From assembly GCA_964371215.1 (NCBI GenBank), contig CAYJKU010000001.1:172412-236411 (forward strand): a DNA stretch of 64,000 nt. The letters run 5' to 3'. This document shows, piece by piece, positions 49,259 through 57,893 of the stretch; positions within the stretch are counted from its first letter, which is position 1; the number at the start of each line of letters is the position of its first letter. The stretch comes from an uncultured Clostridium sp. (GTDB lineage: Bacteria > Bacillota > Clostridia > TANB77 > CAG-508). Under the pieces are notes generated by a model. It was given only the letters and a program-made list of their open reading frames with translations. It made no database searches and had not been told where the DNA came from. Made by a program: the position numbers and the translations under genes.

Positions 49259-49588
49259 ATGGTCATTGATTATAGGTTAATAGGTGAGAGAATAAGGAAA
49301 GCAAGAATAGATAAAGGATATGCACAACAAAAGTTGGCAGAAGAAGTAGATGTTGGAGTTGGATATATATCTAGAGTAGAACATGGTGCTCAAATTAACT
49401 TGAAAAAATTAGCAGAAATCAGTTTGGCTCTAGAAGTTCCAATGGAAGAATTAGTTGTTGGAATATCTGTGAAATCTGAAATATATTTAGATAAAGAATT
49501 AACTGCAGTATTAGCTAAATGTACACCTGAAAAACAAAGATTAATATATAATATGGCTAAAATGGTTTTGGATAGTAATTTTGATTAA
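49259..49588 (+). CDS. XRE-family helix-turn-helix transcriptional regulator
   Basis: IGERIRKARIDKGYAQQKLAEEVDVGVGYISRVEHG. GGGAG-type SD before the ATG at 49259. Confidence 0.85.
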   Translation: MVIDYRLIGERIRKARIDKGYAQQKLAEEVDVGVGYISRVEHGAQINLKKLAEISLALEVPMEELVVGISVKSEIYLDKELTAVLAKCTPEKQRLIYNMAKMVLDSNFD

Positions 49589-49672
49589 TTCTTTACAAAT
49601 TGGCAAAAATGATATAAACTACAATAAACAGTAAAAGATATAACAAAAAGATGAAAGTAGGAAATAGAAAAA

Positions 49673-52600
49673 ATGTATTTAAAAAGATTAGAAGTACAAG
49701 GTTTTAAGTCATTTGCTGATAAAACAGTATTAGAATTTATTCCAGGGATTACATCAGTAATTGGACCTAATGGGTCTGGTAAAAGTAACATAGTAGATAG
49801 TATTAGATGGATACTTGGAGAACAAAGTATGAAATCATTAAGAGGTGCTAAATCTCAAGATATAATATTCGCAGGAACACAGAATAGAAAGTCTTTAGGG
49901 TTTGCAGAAGCATCATTAATTTTTGATAATTCTGATGGAGTATTACCTATAGAATATACAGAAGTAACAGTTACAAGAAAAATATATAGAAGTGGTGAAA
50001 CAGGATATTATATAAATAAAGTACCATGTAGATTAAAAGATGTATTAGAATTATTTATGGATACAGGTATTGGAAGAGATGGATATTCAATAATTGGACA
50101 AGGTAAAATAGATGAAATTTTAAGTAATAAATCTGAAGATCGAAGACATATCTTTGAAGAAGCAGCAGGTATTGTTAAGTATAGAACAAGAAAACATGAA
50201 TCAGAAAAAAAACTAGAACAAACTAAATTGAATTTACTTAGAATAAATGATATTTTATCTGAAATAGAAGTAAATATTGATCCACTAAAAACACAATCAG
50301 AAAAAGCAAAAAAATACTTAAATTTAAAAGAAGAATTAAAAAGTATTGAAATAGGACTATTCATATATAATATTGAAAAATATAAAGTTCAGATTGAAGA
50401 AATAATTAAAGATGAAAGTATTTTTAAAAACCAATTAGAAGATGAAGAAAATCAATTAGAGGCAATTAAACAATTAAAAGAAAAATTGAAAATTGAAGTA
50501 GATGAATTAACTATAAAAATAGAAGAAATGACTAATGTTGGATTTGTTGCAGAAAAAGAAATTGAAAAATTAAATTCAGATATAAATGTAAATAAAACAA
50601 GAATAGAAAATAATGAAGAAAATAAGACTAGATATATAAAAGAAATTGAAGAACAAAATAGTCGTATATCTGAATTAAAAGAAGAAGTAAAACAAAAACA
50701 AGACAAAAAAGAAACATTAAAAAATAATAAAGAAAAATTTGAAAATGAATTAAAAGAAAAAGAAGAAGAGTTAAATGAGTTAACATCTAAATTATCTAGT
50801 AAAGAAGTAGAAATAGAAGGATACAAGAAAAAAGTTGAAGAAAATATAGATAAAAGATATGAGCTACAAGCAGATATAAATACACAAGAAATAAATTATG
50901 AAAATGATAGCAAAAGACAAAAACAATTAGATGGAGAAATATCATCAGATATTTCAGAACTTGATTCGAAAAGAATAGATAAAGAAGAAATAGCAAAAGT
51001 ATTTAATGATATAGATAATAAAAGAAATAAAATTGTTTCTAAAATTGAAGAAATAAATAAAGAAAAAGAAAGTGTTGATCAAAAAATTAAAACTTTTGAA
51101 AATCAAATAAATCACTTAGCTGGAGAAAAAAGAATAAAAGAATCTAAATTAAAATTTTTAATAGAGACTGAAAAAGAAAAAGAAGGCTATGTAAAAAGTG
51201 TAAAAGATTTATTAAAAAAATGTGAAAATGAAAAAGAATTAGGAAAAGGAATGCATGGTGTCTTAGCAAATGTAATAGATGTTCCAGAGGAGTATCAAAC
51301 TGCAATAGAAATGTGTTTAGGTATGAGTTTACAAAATATTGTTACAGAAACAGAACAAGATGCAAAAAGACTAGTTGAATATTTAAGAAAAAATAATTTA
51401 GGTAGAGCATCTTTTCTACCAATTTCATCTGTGAAGGGAAATAGAATAGATAAAGTTTCTAAAACAGATAATGGATATATAGGTATTGCAGCAGATTTAA
51501 TAAATTATGATAAAAAATATGAGCAAATAATATATAATTTATTAGGAAGAACTATTATTGTAGACAATATGGAAAATGCAATCAAATTATCTAAGAAAAA
51601 TAATTATTCATTTAGAATAATTACATTAGAAGGTGATGTTGTTAATTCTTCAGGAATGATAACAGGTGGCTCTGTACATAAAAAATCAGTTAATATCTTA
51701 GGAAGAGGAAAAGAAATAGAAAAACTTGAAAAAGATATTAAAGAAGTAGAAAAGAAACTAGAAAAACTTGTAGAAGAAAAAGAAGATTATGAAAATTCTG
51801 TTGAAGAGACATTAGAAGAAGTAATTTCATTGGAAAAAGAAATGCAAGAAATAGATATTGTATATGCAATAGAAAAACAAAAATTGGTTGCTATTGAAGA
51901 AAATATTTCTAAAGTTGAAATAAAACTTGCAAGATTAAAAGAAGAAAAAGCTAATTTGGAAGAACAAAAATTAAATAGTAATAGGGTTAAAGAAAAATTA
52001 GAAAATAAGATAAATGAATTAAATACAGAAATAGAAGAATTATCTAATATAATTAATGAGTTTGTTGAATTAAATAAAGATAACCAAAAATATATTGATG
52101 ATTTAAATTTTGATATAACTAATTTGAAAATATCTGTATCATCTTTTGATGAAAGTGAATCATCTATTACAGAAATTGAAGAGATGATAAATCAAGATAT
52201 TGAAAATACTACAAAGAGTATTCAGAATAAAGAATCACATATTAAAGAAATAGAAAAAGAAAATATTGATTTAGAAAATTCTATTGAAGAAATTACAAAG
52301 AATATAGAAAAAGTGAAATCTAATGTACAAAATAGTGGTGATGAAATAGAAAAACTCAAATTAAAGAGAATAGAAAATAATAAAATATTAGCTAAAAAAG
52401 AAGATGAACTTACAGAAAAATTCACTATAATCGAAGATTTAAAAGGTCATGTATTAAAAATAGATATTAAGAAAACAAAATTAGAAGAAGATGTTAATAA
52501 TATAATAAATAGGATGTGGGAAGAATATGAACTTACTCCAAATGTAGCAAAAGACTTTAAAAAACCAGATAATGTAGATCAAACAAGAAGAAAAGTTAAT

Positions 52601-53224
52601 GTATTAAGAACAGAAATCAAAGAATTAGGAAGTATTAATATAGATGCAATTGAAGAATATAAAAATTTAAAAGATAGATATGATTTTATGTGTGAACAAA
52701 GATTAGATTTAGAAGATACAATGGCTAAACTTAGAAAAATGATTCAAGAAATAACAGATATGATGAAAACACAATTTAAAGCACAATTTAATGTTATTAA
52801 TAAGAATTTTGAAGAAGTATTTAGAGAATTATTCGGTGGAGGATATGCAACACTAAAATTAGCTGATGAAGATAATATATTAGAATGTGGAATAGATATA
52901 AATGTACAACCACCTGGTAAAAAACTTCAAAATATGATGTTATTATCTGGAGGAGAAAAAGCTTTAACAGCTATTGCATTATTATTTGCAATATTAAAAA
53001 TAAACCCAGCACCATTTTGTGTACTTGATGAAATTGAAGCAGCACTTGATGATGTTAATGTATTTAGATATTCAGAATATTTAAAGAAATTTGTAAAAGA
53101 TACACAATTCTTAGTTATTACTCATAGAAAAGGTACAATGGAAGCAGCTGATACTGTTTATGGAGTTACTATGGAAGAAAATGGTATATCTAAATTATTG
53201 TCTATGAAATTGAAAAATGGATAG
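49673..53224 (+). CDS. smc: Chromosome segregation protein SMC
   Basis: Walker A GPNGSGKSN, long coiled coils, hinge, LSGGEKALTAIALLFA and VLDEIEAALD. Confidence 0.97.
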   Translation: MYLKRLEVQGFKSFADKTVLEFIPGITSVIGPNGSGKSNIVDSIRWILGEQSMKSLRGAKSQDIIFAGTQNRKSLGFAEASLIFDNSDGVLPIEYTEVTVTRKIYRSGETGYYINKVPCRLKDVLELFMDTGIGRDGYSIIGQGKIDEILSNKSEDRRHIFEEAAGIVKYRTRKHESEKKLEQTKLNLLRINDILSEIEVNIDPLKTQSEKAKKYLNLKEELKSIEIGLFIYNIEKYKVQIEEIIKDESIFKNQLEDEENQLEAIKQLKEKLKIEVDELTIKIEEMTNVGFVAEKEIEKLNSDINVNKTRIENNEENKTRYIKEIEEQNSRISELKEEVKQKQDKKETLKNNKEKFENELKEKEEELNELTSKLSSKEVEIEGYKKKVEENIDKRYELQADINTQEINYENDSKRQKQLDGEISSDISELDSKRIDKEEIAKVFNDIDNKRNKIVSKIEEINKEKESVDQKIKTFENQINHLAGEKRIKESKLKFLIETEKEKEGYVKSVKDLLKKCENEKELGKGMHGVLANVIDVPEEYQTAIEMCLGMSLQNIVTETEQDAKRLVEYLRKNNLGRASFLPISSVKGNRIDKVSKTDNGYIGIAADLINYDKKYEQIIYNLLGRTIIVDNMENAIKLSKKNNYSFRIITLEGDVVNSSGMITGGSVHKKSVNILGRGKEIEKLEKDIKEVEKKLEKLVEEKEDYENSVEETLEEVISLEKEMQEIDIVYAIEKQKLVAIEENISKVEIKLARLKEEKANLEEQKLNSNRVKEKLENKINELNTEIEELSNIINEFVELNKDNQKYIDDLNFDITNLKISVSSFDESESSITEIEEMINQDIENTTKSIQNKESHIKEIEKENIDLENSIEEITKNIEKVKSNVQNSGDEIEKLKLKRIENNKILAKKEDELTEKFTIIEDLKGHVLKIDIKKTKLEEDVNNIINRMWEEYELTPNVAKDFKKPDNVDQTRRKVNVLRTEIKELGSINIDAIEEYKNLKDRYDFMCEQRLDLEDTMAKLRKMIQEITDMMKTQFKAQFNVINKNFEEVFRELFGGGYATLKLADEDNILECGIDINVQPPGKKLQNMMLLSGGEKALTAIALLFAILKINPAPFCVLDEIEAALDDVNVFRYSEYLKKFVKDTQFLVITHRKGTMEAADTVYGVTMEENGISKLLSMKLKNG

Positions 53225-53261
53225 TATTTATATAAAATAGAAATCTTTATATAAAGAAAAG

Positions 53262-53297
53262 AAGAACTATCAGTACTATGTACTGATAGTTCTTTTT
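53262..53297. terminator. Strong bidirectional intrinsic terminator
   Basis: Arms aagaactatcagtac / gtactgatagttctt followed by a T-run. Confidence 0.85.
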
Positions 53298-53530
53298 TAG
53301 CCATTAATACAATCATAAATTTCCTTAATATTAGGTTCACGACAGAAACAATAACTTGGATATTTTTTGTCACCATGACCTACAAGTCTGTAATATGGAG
53401 AGTGAGGGGAATCATCATTATATACTTCGGCTACAAAATACTTTTTGCCTTTTACCAATTCTGGTATAGGTTTTTCTGTGAAATTCGAACGATAGAAGGG
53501 ATACCAACATCTGAAACAATGGTCTTCCAT
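53297..53530 (-). CDS. Hypothetical 77-aa Cys/His-containing protein
   Basis: AAGGTGG lies 7 nt upstream of the ATG. Cys at residues 5 and 8 and a C-terminal CFC..C cluster. Confidence 0.55.
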   Translation of the reverse strand: MEDHCFRCWYPFYRSNFTEKPIPELVKGKKYFVAEVYNDDSPHSPYYRLVGHGDKKYPSYCFCREPNIKEIYDCING

Positions 53531-53639
53531 AACTAATCCACCTTTATATATTTATTTAGTAAGAGTATACATTCGTTATGGTATTTTGTCAATCTAAAGT
53601 AAAGATATTAAAATAGTAGAATAGGATTATAGAAAACAC

Positions 53640-53668
53640 TTGCAATACAAATGAAAATGTGTTAAAAT
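53640..53668 (+). promoter_or_regulatory. Sigma-A promoter TTGCAA-17-TAAAAT (TGn extended) for rpsF-ssb-rpsR
   Basis: TTGCAA at 53640-53645, tgt then TAAAAT at 53663-53668. Confidence 0.55.
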
Positions 53669-53753
53669 AGTTGTGTTTTGAAAACAGAAATGTTTTTAAA
53701 ATCTCTACTTACATGAAAGATGTAGGTTATATATCCAAAGGGAGGTGAAAATA

Positions 53754-54035
53754 ATGAACAAATACGAAAGTGTTATCATTGTTAATCCAAATTTAGACGA
53801 AGCTGGTTTAAAAGCTATCGAAGATAAAATAACAGGATTAATAAATGAAAATGGAAAAGTAGAATCTTTCGAAAACATGGGAAAAAGAAAATTAGCTTAT
53901 GAAATTAAGAAAAAAGCTGAAGGTGTATATTTCTTATATAACTTTGAAGCTAATCCAGAAGCTATAACAGAAATCGAAAGAAATTACAGAATAGCAGATG
54001 ATATAATGAAATTTATCGTTATAAGAAAAGACTAG
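53754..54035 (+). CDS. rpsF: 30S ribosomal protein S6
   Basis: MNKYESVIIVNP..GKRKLAYEI. GGGAGGTG SD before the ATG at 53754. Confidence 0.95.
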   Translation: MNKYESVIIVNPNLDEAGLKAIEDKITGLINENGKVESFENMGKRKLAYEIKKKAEGVYFLYNFEANPEAITEIERNYRIADDIMKFIVIRKD

Positions 54036-54081
54036 AATAACAATATAAGGACCGAAAGTAAAGTAAGAAAGGTGATAATTT

Positions 54082-54513
54082 ATGAATAAAGTAATATTAA
54101 TGGGAAGATTAACAAGAGACCCAGAAGTAAGATATACACAAACAAATAATACTATGGTTTCATCATTTAGTATAGCTGTTAACAGAAGATTTGTTAGACA
54201 GGGAGAAGAAAGACAAGCAGATTTTGTAAACATAGTAGCATGGAGTAAATTAGGAGAATTTTGTAGCAAATACTTTAAAAAAGGTCAACAAGTAGGTGTC
54301 ATAGGAAGACTTCAAACAAGAACATGGGATGATGATAAAGGTGTTAAACATTATGTAACAGAAATCGTTGCAGATGAAGCATACTTTGCTGATTCAAGAA
54401 GAGAAGGAGATGCTGGAGGAGCAAATGGTTTTGAAAATACATTTGGAACAACAGCGCCAGGAAATATGGGAAATGACTTCGAAATGTCTTCAAGTGATGA
54501 TTTACCATTTTAA
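54082..54513 (+). CDS. ssb: Single-stranded DNA-binding protein
   Basis: MNKVILMGRLTRDPEVRYT OB-fold and an acidic C-terminal tip DDLPF. Confidence 0.96.
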   Translation: MNKVILMGRLTRDPEVRYTQTNNTMVSSFSIAVNRRFVRQGEERQADFVNIVAWSKLGEFCSKYFKKGQQVGVIGRLQTRTWDDDKGVKHYVTEIVADEAYFADSRREGDAGGANGFENTFGTTAPGNMGNDFEMSSSDDLPF

Positions 54514-54532
54514 GTAAAAGGAGGAAATAAAA

Positions 54533-54820
54533 ATGGCTGATAGAAAACAAAATAATAGAAGAAATAACAATAATAATAATGATGACGATTTTAACCCAAG
54601 ATTCAGAAAACAAAGAAAAAAAGTTTGTCCATTATGTAGTGATAAAAATTTCGTTTTAGATTATAAAAATCCAGAACAATTAAGAAAATTTATCAATGAT
54701 AAAGGGAAAATTTTACCAAGAAGAACAACTGGAGCTTGTGCTAAACATCAAAGAGATATAACTATAGAAGTTAAAAGAGCAAGACATATTGCAATGTTAG
54801 GATATGCTCAAAGCATGTAG
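54533..54820 (+). CDS. rpsR: 30S ribosomal protein S18 with an Asn-rich N-terminal extension
   Basis: RKKVCPLC..DYKN..LRKFI..GKILPRRTTG..KHQR..IKRARHIA(M)L. Confidence 0.95.
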   Translation: MADRKQNNRRNNNNNNDDDFNPRFRKQRKKVCPLCSDKNFVLDYKNPEQLRKFINDKGKILPRRTTGACAKHQRDITIEVKRARHIAMLGYAQSM

Positions 54821-54826
54821 TTAAAT

Positions 54827-54866
54827 AAAAAATACCATTAATTTATATTAATTGGTATTTTTTTTG
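54827..54866 (+). terminator. Intrinsic terminator after rpsR
   Basis: Arms aaaataccattaat / attaattggtatttt followed by T-run. Confidence 0.75.
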
Positions 54867-54931
54867 TAAATATAGTGATAAATATTAATATTTGTTATAA
54901 AATATTAATATTAAAAAAGGAGGTTTATATT

Positions 54932-55216
54932 ATGAGGAATTTTGAAAATTTGCAAATTTCTTCAGACAAAATCATTCTGCTTGCTGAATATACAGTAAAA
55001 AACAAATCTACTGTACGGAATACAGCAAAAGAGTTTGATCTTTCCAAAACAACAGTATATGTGTACTTAACAAAAATACTACCAGAGATTGTTCCTGAAA
55101 ATGAATTATATCAAGAGGTTTTAAAAACACTTGCATATAATAAAGCACAAAGAGCAAAACGAGGGTGGCTGGCAATGAGTAGAAAGTTGAAACAAAGTGA
55201 GGATGAAACAAAATAG
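54932..55216 (+). CDS. spoIIID: SpoIIID-like sporulation transcriptional regulator (divergent)
   Basis: AGGAGG lies 8 nt before the ATG at 54932. TVRNTAKEFDLSKTTVYVYLTKILPEI aligns with the SpoIIID HTH (TVRVIAKEFGVSKSTVHKDLTERLPEI). A basic C-terminal region follows. Confidence 0.6.
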   Translation: MRNFENLQISSDKIILLAEYTVKNKSTVRNTAKEFDLSKTTVYVYLTKILPEIVPENELYQEVLKTLAYNKAQRAKRGWLAMSRKLKQSEDETK

Positions 55217-55225
55217 TATAAACTG

Positions 55226-55254
55226 AAAGTTGCCATCAAATATGGCAACTTTTA
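55226..55254. terminator. Bidirectional intrinsic terminator
   Basis: Arms aaagttgccat / atggcaacttt. Confidence 0.8.
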
Positions 55255-55263
55255 CTTATATAT

Positions 55264-56127
55264 TTATCTTTCATAATCTGAATTTGATGTTTCGATTATA
55301 TTTTGATTTGCATCGTTATCATTATAATTTTCTTCATCTTCATTATAAGTAGTACTTTGAATTTTACTTTTAAAATTAATATCTTCTCCTACACAATCTT
55401 TAATAAATCTTTCCTGAATATTTGGTATTAAATCAGAATATCCTAGTTTTTCTAAGTCTACAAAAATATTTTCGTGTAATAAATCTTTAATAATTTTAGT
55501 AGAGTATTTAGGAGAATTAGTGGAAAAGAAGTTTATAATACTATCTTCTACATTATCTCTAATATTATATTTGAATAATGCATTATCTTTTTTATTACGA
55601 GATTCTATAATTGAACTGATTTCTTCTCTACACATTTGAGCAATATTAAATTGTTCTTTTTGCTCATTTTGATTAAAGTAGTTGCTAACTGTATATTTAA
55701 ATCTAGTAAAAAATCCAGATGGAACTACACTGACTTGTTTGAATGATTCTGCTAGTTTAGCTAATTTATTATTAGATTGGATAAGCTCATTTGAGCATTC
55801 AAGATATGAATTTAATAAATCTCGTATAATCATATCAGCAAGAAGGTTTGAAGTAGGAACATTGATGTTATGGTGACCATAATCTTCAACTTTCGAAGCA
55901 TAAAAAGATATGCCTTTTTCTTCAAATTCGTTACTTAATTCAATGATTTTATTATTTATAGTTATCATTGGAGTTGAAAGTTTATTATTAATATCAAAAT
56001 TGTTACACATCTTTTCAAAGTTTTTAGATATTGTTAGTTCATTTTTCATAATTGTTTGTAGGTTATTAAAAATAAGAGATTTAAATGACTCCTCATATTT
56101 TTTGAATTCTTCATCAGTTACTGGCAT
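55264..56127 (-). CDS. Hypothetical 287-aa protein, predicted helical, acidic Asn/Asp-rich tail
   Basis: Long ORF downstream of spoIVA on the same strand. No recognisable motif. Confidence 0.6.
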   Translation of the reverse strand: MPVTDEEFKKYEESFKSLIFNNLQTIMKNELTISKNFEKMCNNFDINNKLSTPMITINNKIIELSNEFEEKGISFYASKVEDYGHHNINVPTSNLLADMIIRDLLNSYLECSNELIQSNNKLAKLAESFKQVSVVPSGFFTRFKYTVSNYFNQNEQKEQFNIAQMCREEISSIIESRNKKDNALFKYNIRDNVEDSIINFFSTNSPKYSTKIIKDLLHENIFVDLEKLGYSDLIPNIQERFIKDCVGEDINFKSKIQSTTYNEDEENYNDNDANQNIIETSNSDYER

Positions 56128-56196
56128 AATTTCTCCTTTATTTATTTGAATAAAGGAATTATATAGATATATAATTTTATTGTCAATATTAGTTTT

Positions 56197-57675
56197 CTAT
56201 AAAATTATACAAATTAATCCGCCACTACCTTCATTAACAATTCGTTCGAGAGTTTCTTGTAATTTAATTTGAGCATCTTCAGGCATTTTAGATAATTTAG
56301 TTTGAAGTCCTTCATTAACAAGTTCATGCAAACTTTTACCAAAAATATTAGACTTCCAAATTTCCTTAGGGTTATTATCAAAACCAGCTAGTAGATAATT
56401 AACTAATTCTTCAGATTGTTTTTCAGAACCAACAATAGGAGAGACTTCAGTTTCCACATTTGTTTTAATTAAGTGGATGGAAGGGGCAGTGGCTTTTAGT
56501 CTTACTCCAAACCTTGAACCTTGTTTAATCATTTCAGGTTCTGCAAGTTCTAAATCTTCGATACAAGGTGTAACAATTCCATATCCTTTAGCTTCAACTT
56601 CTTCAAGAGCATATGCTATTCTATCATATTTTTTCTTTGTAGAAGATAAGTCAGAGATTATACTAAATAAATCACCTTCACTAGAAATATCTACACCACT
56701 AACTTCTGAAAGTATTTCATAAAATAGATTTTCATTTAGAGAGATATCTATATTTATATTTCCAGAGCCAAGTTCAATATTTGTTATACTGGTTTTTAAA
56801 ATAATATCTGTAGTATTGATAGAATTTGCACACATAGAAGCTTCTTTTAAAGTTGAGATAGAAGCAAATGCATCTTTAATTTGATTATATAATTTTGATT
56901 TTAAAGGATGAGTATATTCTAAACTATCAATCCATTTTGGGAGTTTTATTTTAATTTGTTCAACAGGAAATTCATATAAAACTTTTGAAAACATTTCATT
57001 AATATCATTAATAGTAAGATATTCACAATTTATAGGCATAACACTTGTGTTATATTTTTCGCTTAAATCATTAGCTAAATTATAAGTATATTCAGAAGAA
57101 GGGTCATATGAGTTTAGTAAAATAATAAATGGTTTATTTAATGCTTTTAATTCACTTACAACACGTTCTTCAGCCTTTATATAGTCTTCTCTAGGAATAT
57201 CTGTAATAGTTCCATCACTAGTTATTAAAACACCTATAGTGGAATGTTCTTCAATAACTTTTTTAGTCCCTATTTCTGCAGCTGTTTCAAAAGGCATTTC
57301 TTCTTCAGACCATGGAGTTTTTATCATCCTTGGCATATCATCTTCTAAATATCCTATCGCATTATCTACTAAATACCCTACACAATCAACTAATCTAGTT
57401 TTAAATTTTAGATTATTATCTAAACTAACTTCAATAGCTTCATTTGGTATAAATTTAGGTTCAGTCGTCATTATTGTTTTTCCACTTGCACTTTGTGGTA
57501 GTTCATCTTTTGCTCTTTCTTTTTTATAATCATTATCAATATTTGGAATTACTAATAAATCCATAAAATTCTTTATAAAAGTAGACTTACCAGTTCTTAC
57601 TGGACCAACTACTCCTACATAAATATCACCATCAGTTCTTTTTGCGATGTCTTGATACAATCTTGTATTTTCCAT
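56197..57675 (-). CDS. spoIVA: Stage IV sporulation protein A (spore coat morphogenetic ATPase)
   Basis: IYVGVVGPVRTGKSTFIKNFM Walker A, and full-length colinearity with SpoIVA (492 aa). Confidence 0.95.
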   Translation of the reverse strand: MENTRLYQDIAKRTDGDIYVGVVGPVRTGKSTFIKNFMDLLVIPNIDNDYKKERAKDELPQSASGKTIMTTEPKFIPNEAIEVSLDNNLKFKTRLVDCVGYLVDNAIGYLEDDMPRMIKTPWSEEEMPFETAAEIGTKKVIEEHSTIGVLITSDGTITDIPREDYIKAEERVVSELKALNKPFIILLNSYDPSSEYTYNLANDLSEKYNTSVMPINCEYLTINDINEMFSKVLYEFPVEQIKIKLPKWIDSLEYTHPLKSKLYNQIKDAFASISTLKEASMCANSINTTDIILKTSITNIELGSGNINIDISLNENLFYEILSEVSGVDISSEGDLFSIISDLSSTKKKYDRIAYALEEVEAKGYGIVTPCIEDLELAEPEMIKQGSRFGVRLKATAPSIHLIKTNVETEVSPIVGSEKQSEELVNYLLAGFDNNPKEIWKSNIFGKSLHELVNEGLQTKLSKMPEDAQIKLQETLERIVNEGSGGLICIIL

Positions 57676-57811
57676 CTAAATACCTCCTTTTAATCTTGAA
57701 CAATAGGACTTACATAAAAATATTTGAAAAGTCCACTTAATTGTTTGTACCAATTACTTTAGTAATATATATTGAGTAAAAACTAGTAATATACCAAATT
57801 TATAAGAAATA

Positions 57812-57840
57812 TTGATTAATAGAAAAAAATATGTTATAAT
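57812..57840 (+). promoter_or_regulatory. Sigma-A promoter TTGATT-17-TATAAT (TGn extended)
   Basis: TTGATT at 57812-57817, tgt then TATAAT at 57835-57840. Confidence 0.55.
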
Positions 57841-57893
57841 TCCGTAGTGGCATTATGCAATATATGATACAAGGATTGAAAGGGATGAAAATT

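Noticed and set aside
57676-57800. SigE-type sporulation promoter upstream of spoIVA
   Set aside because: It is expected biologically, but I could not find a convincing match to the -35 and -10 SigE consensus elements at proper spacing in the minus-strand upstream sequence.
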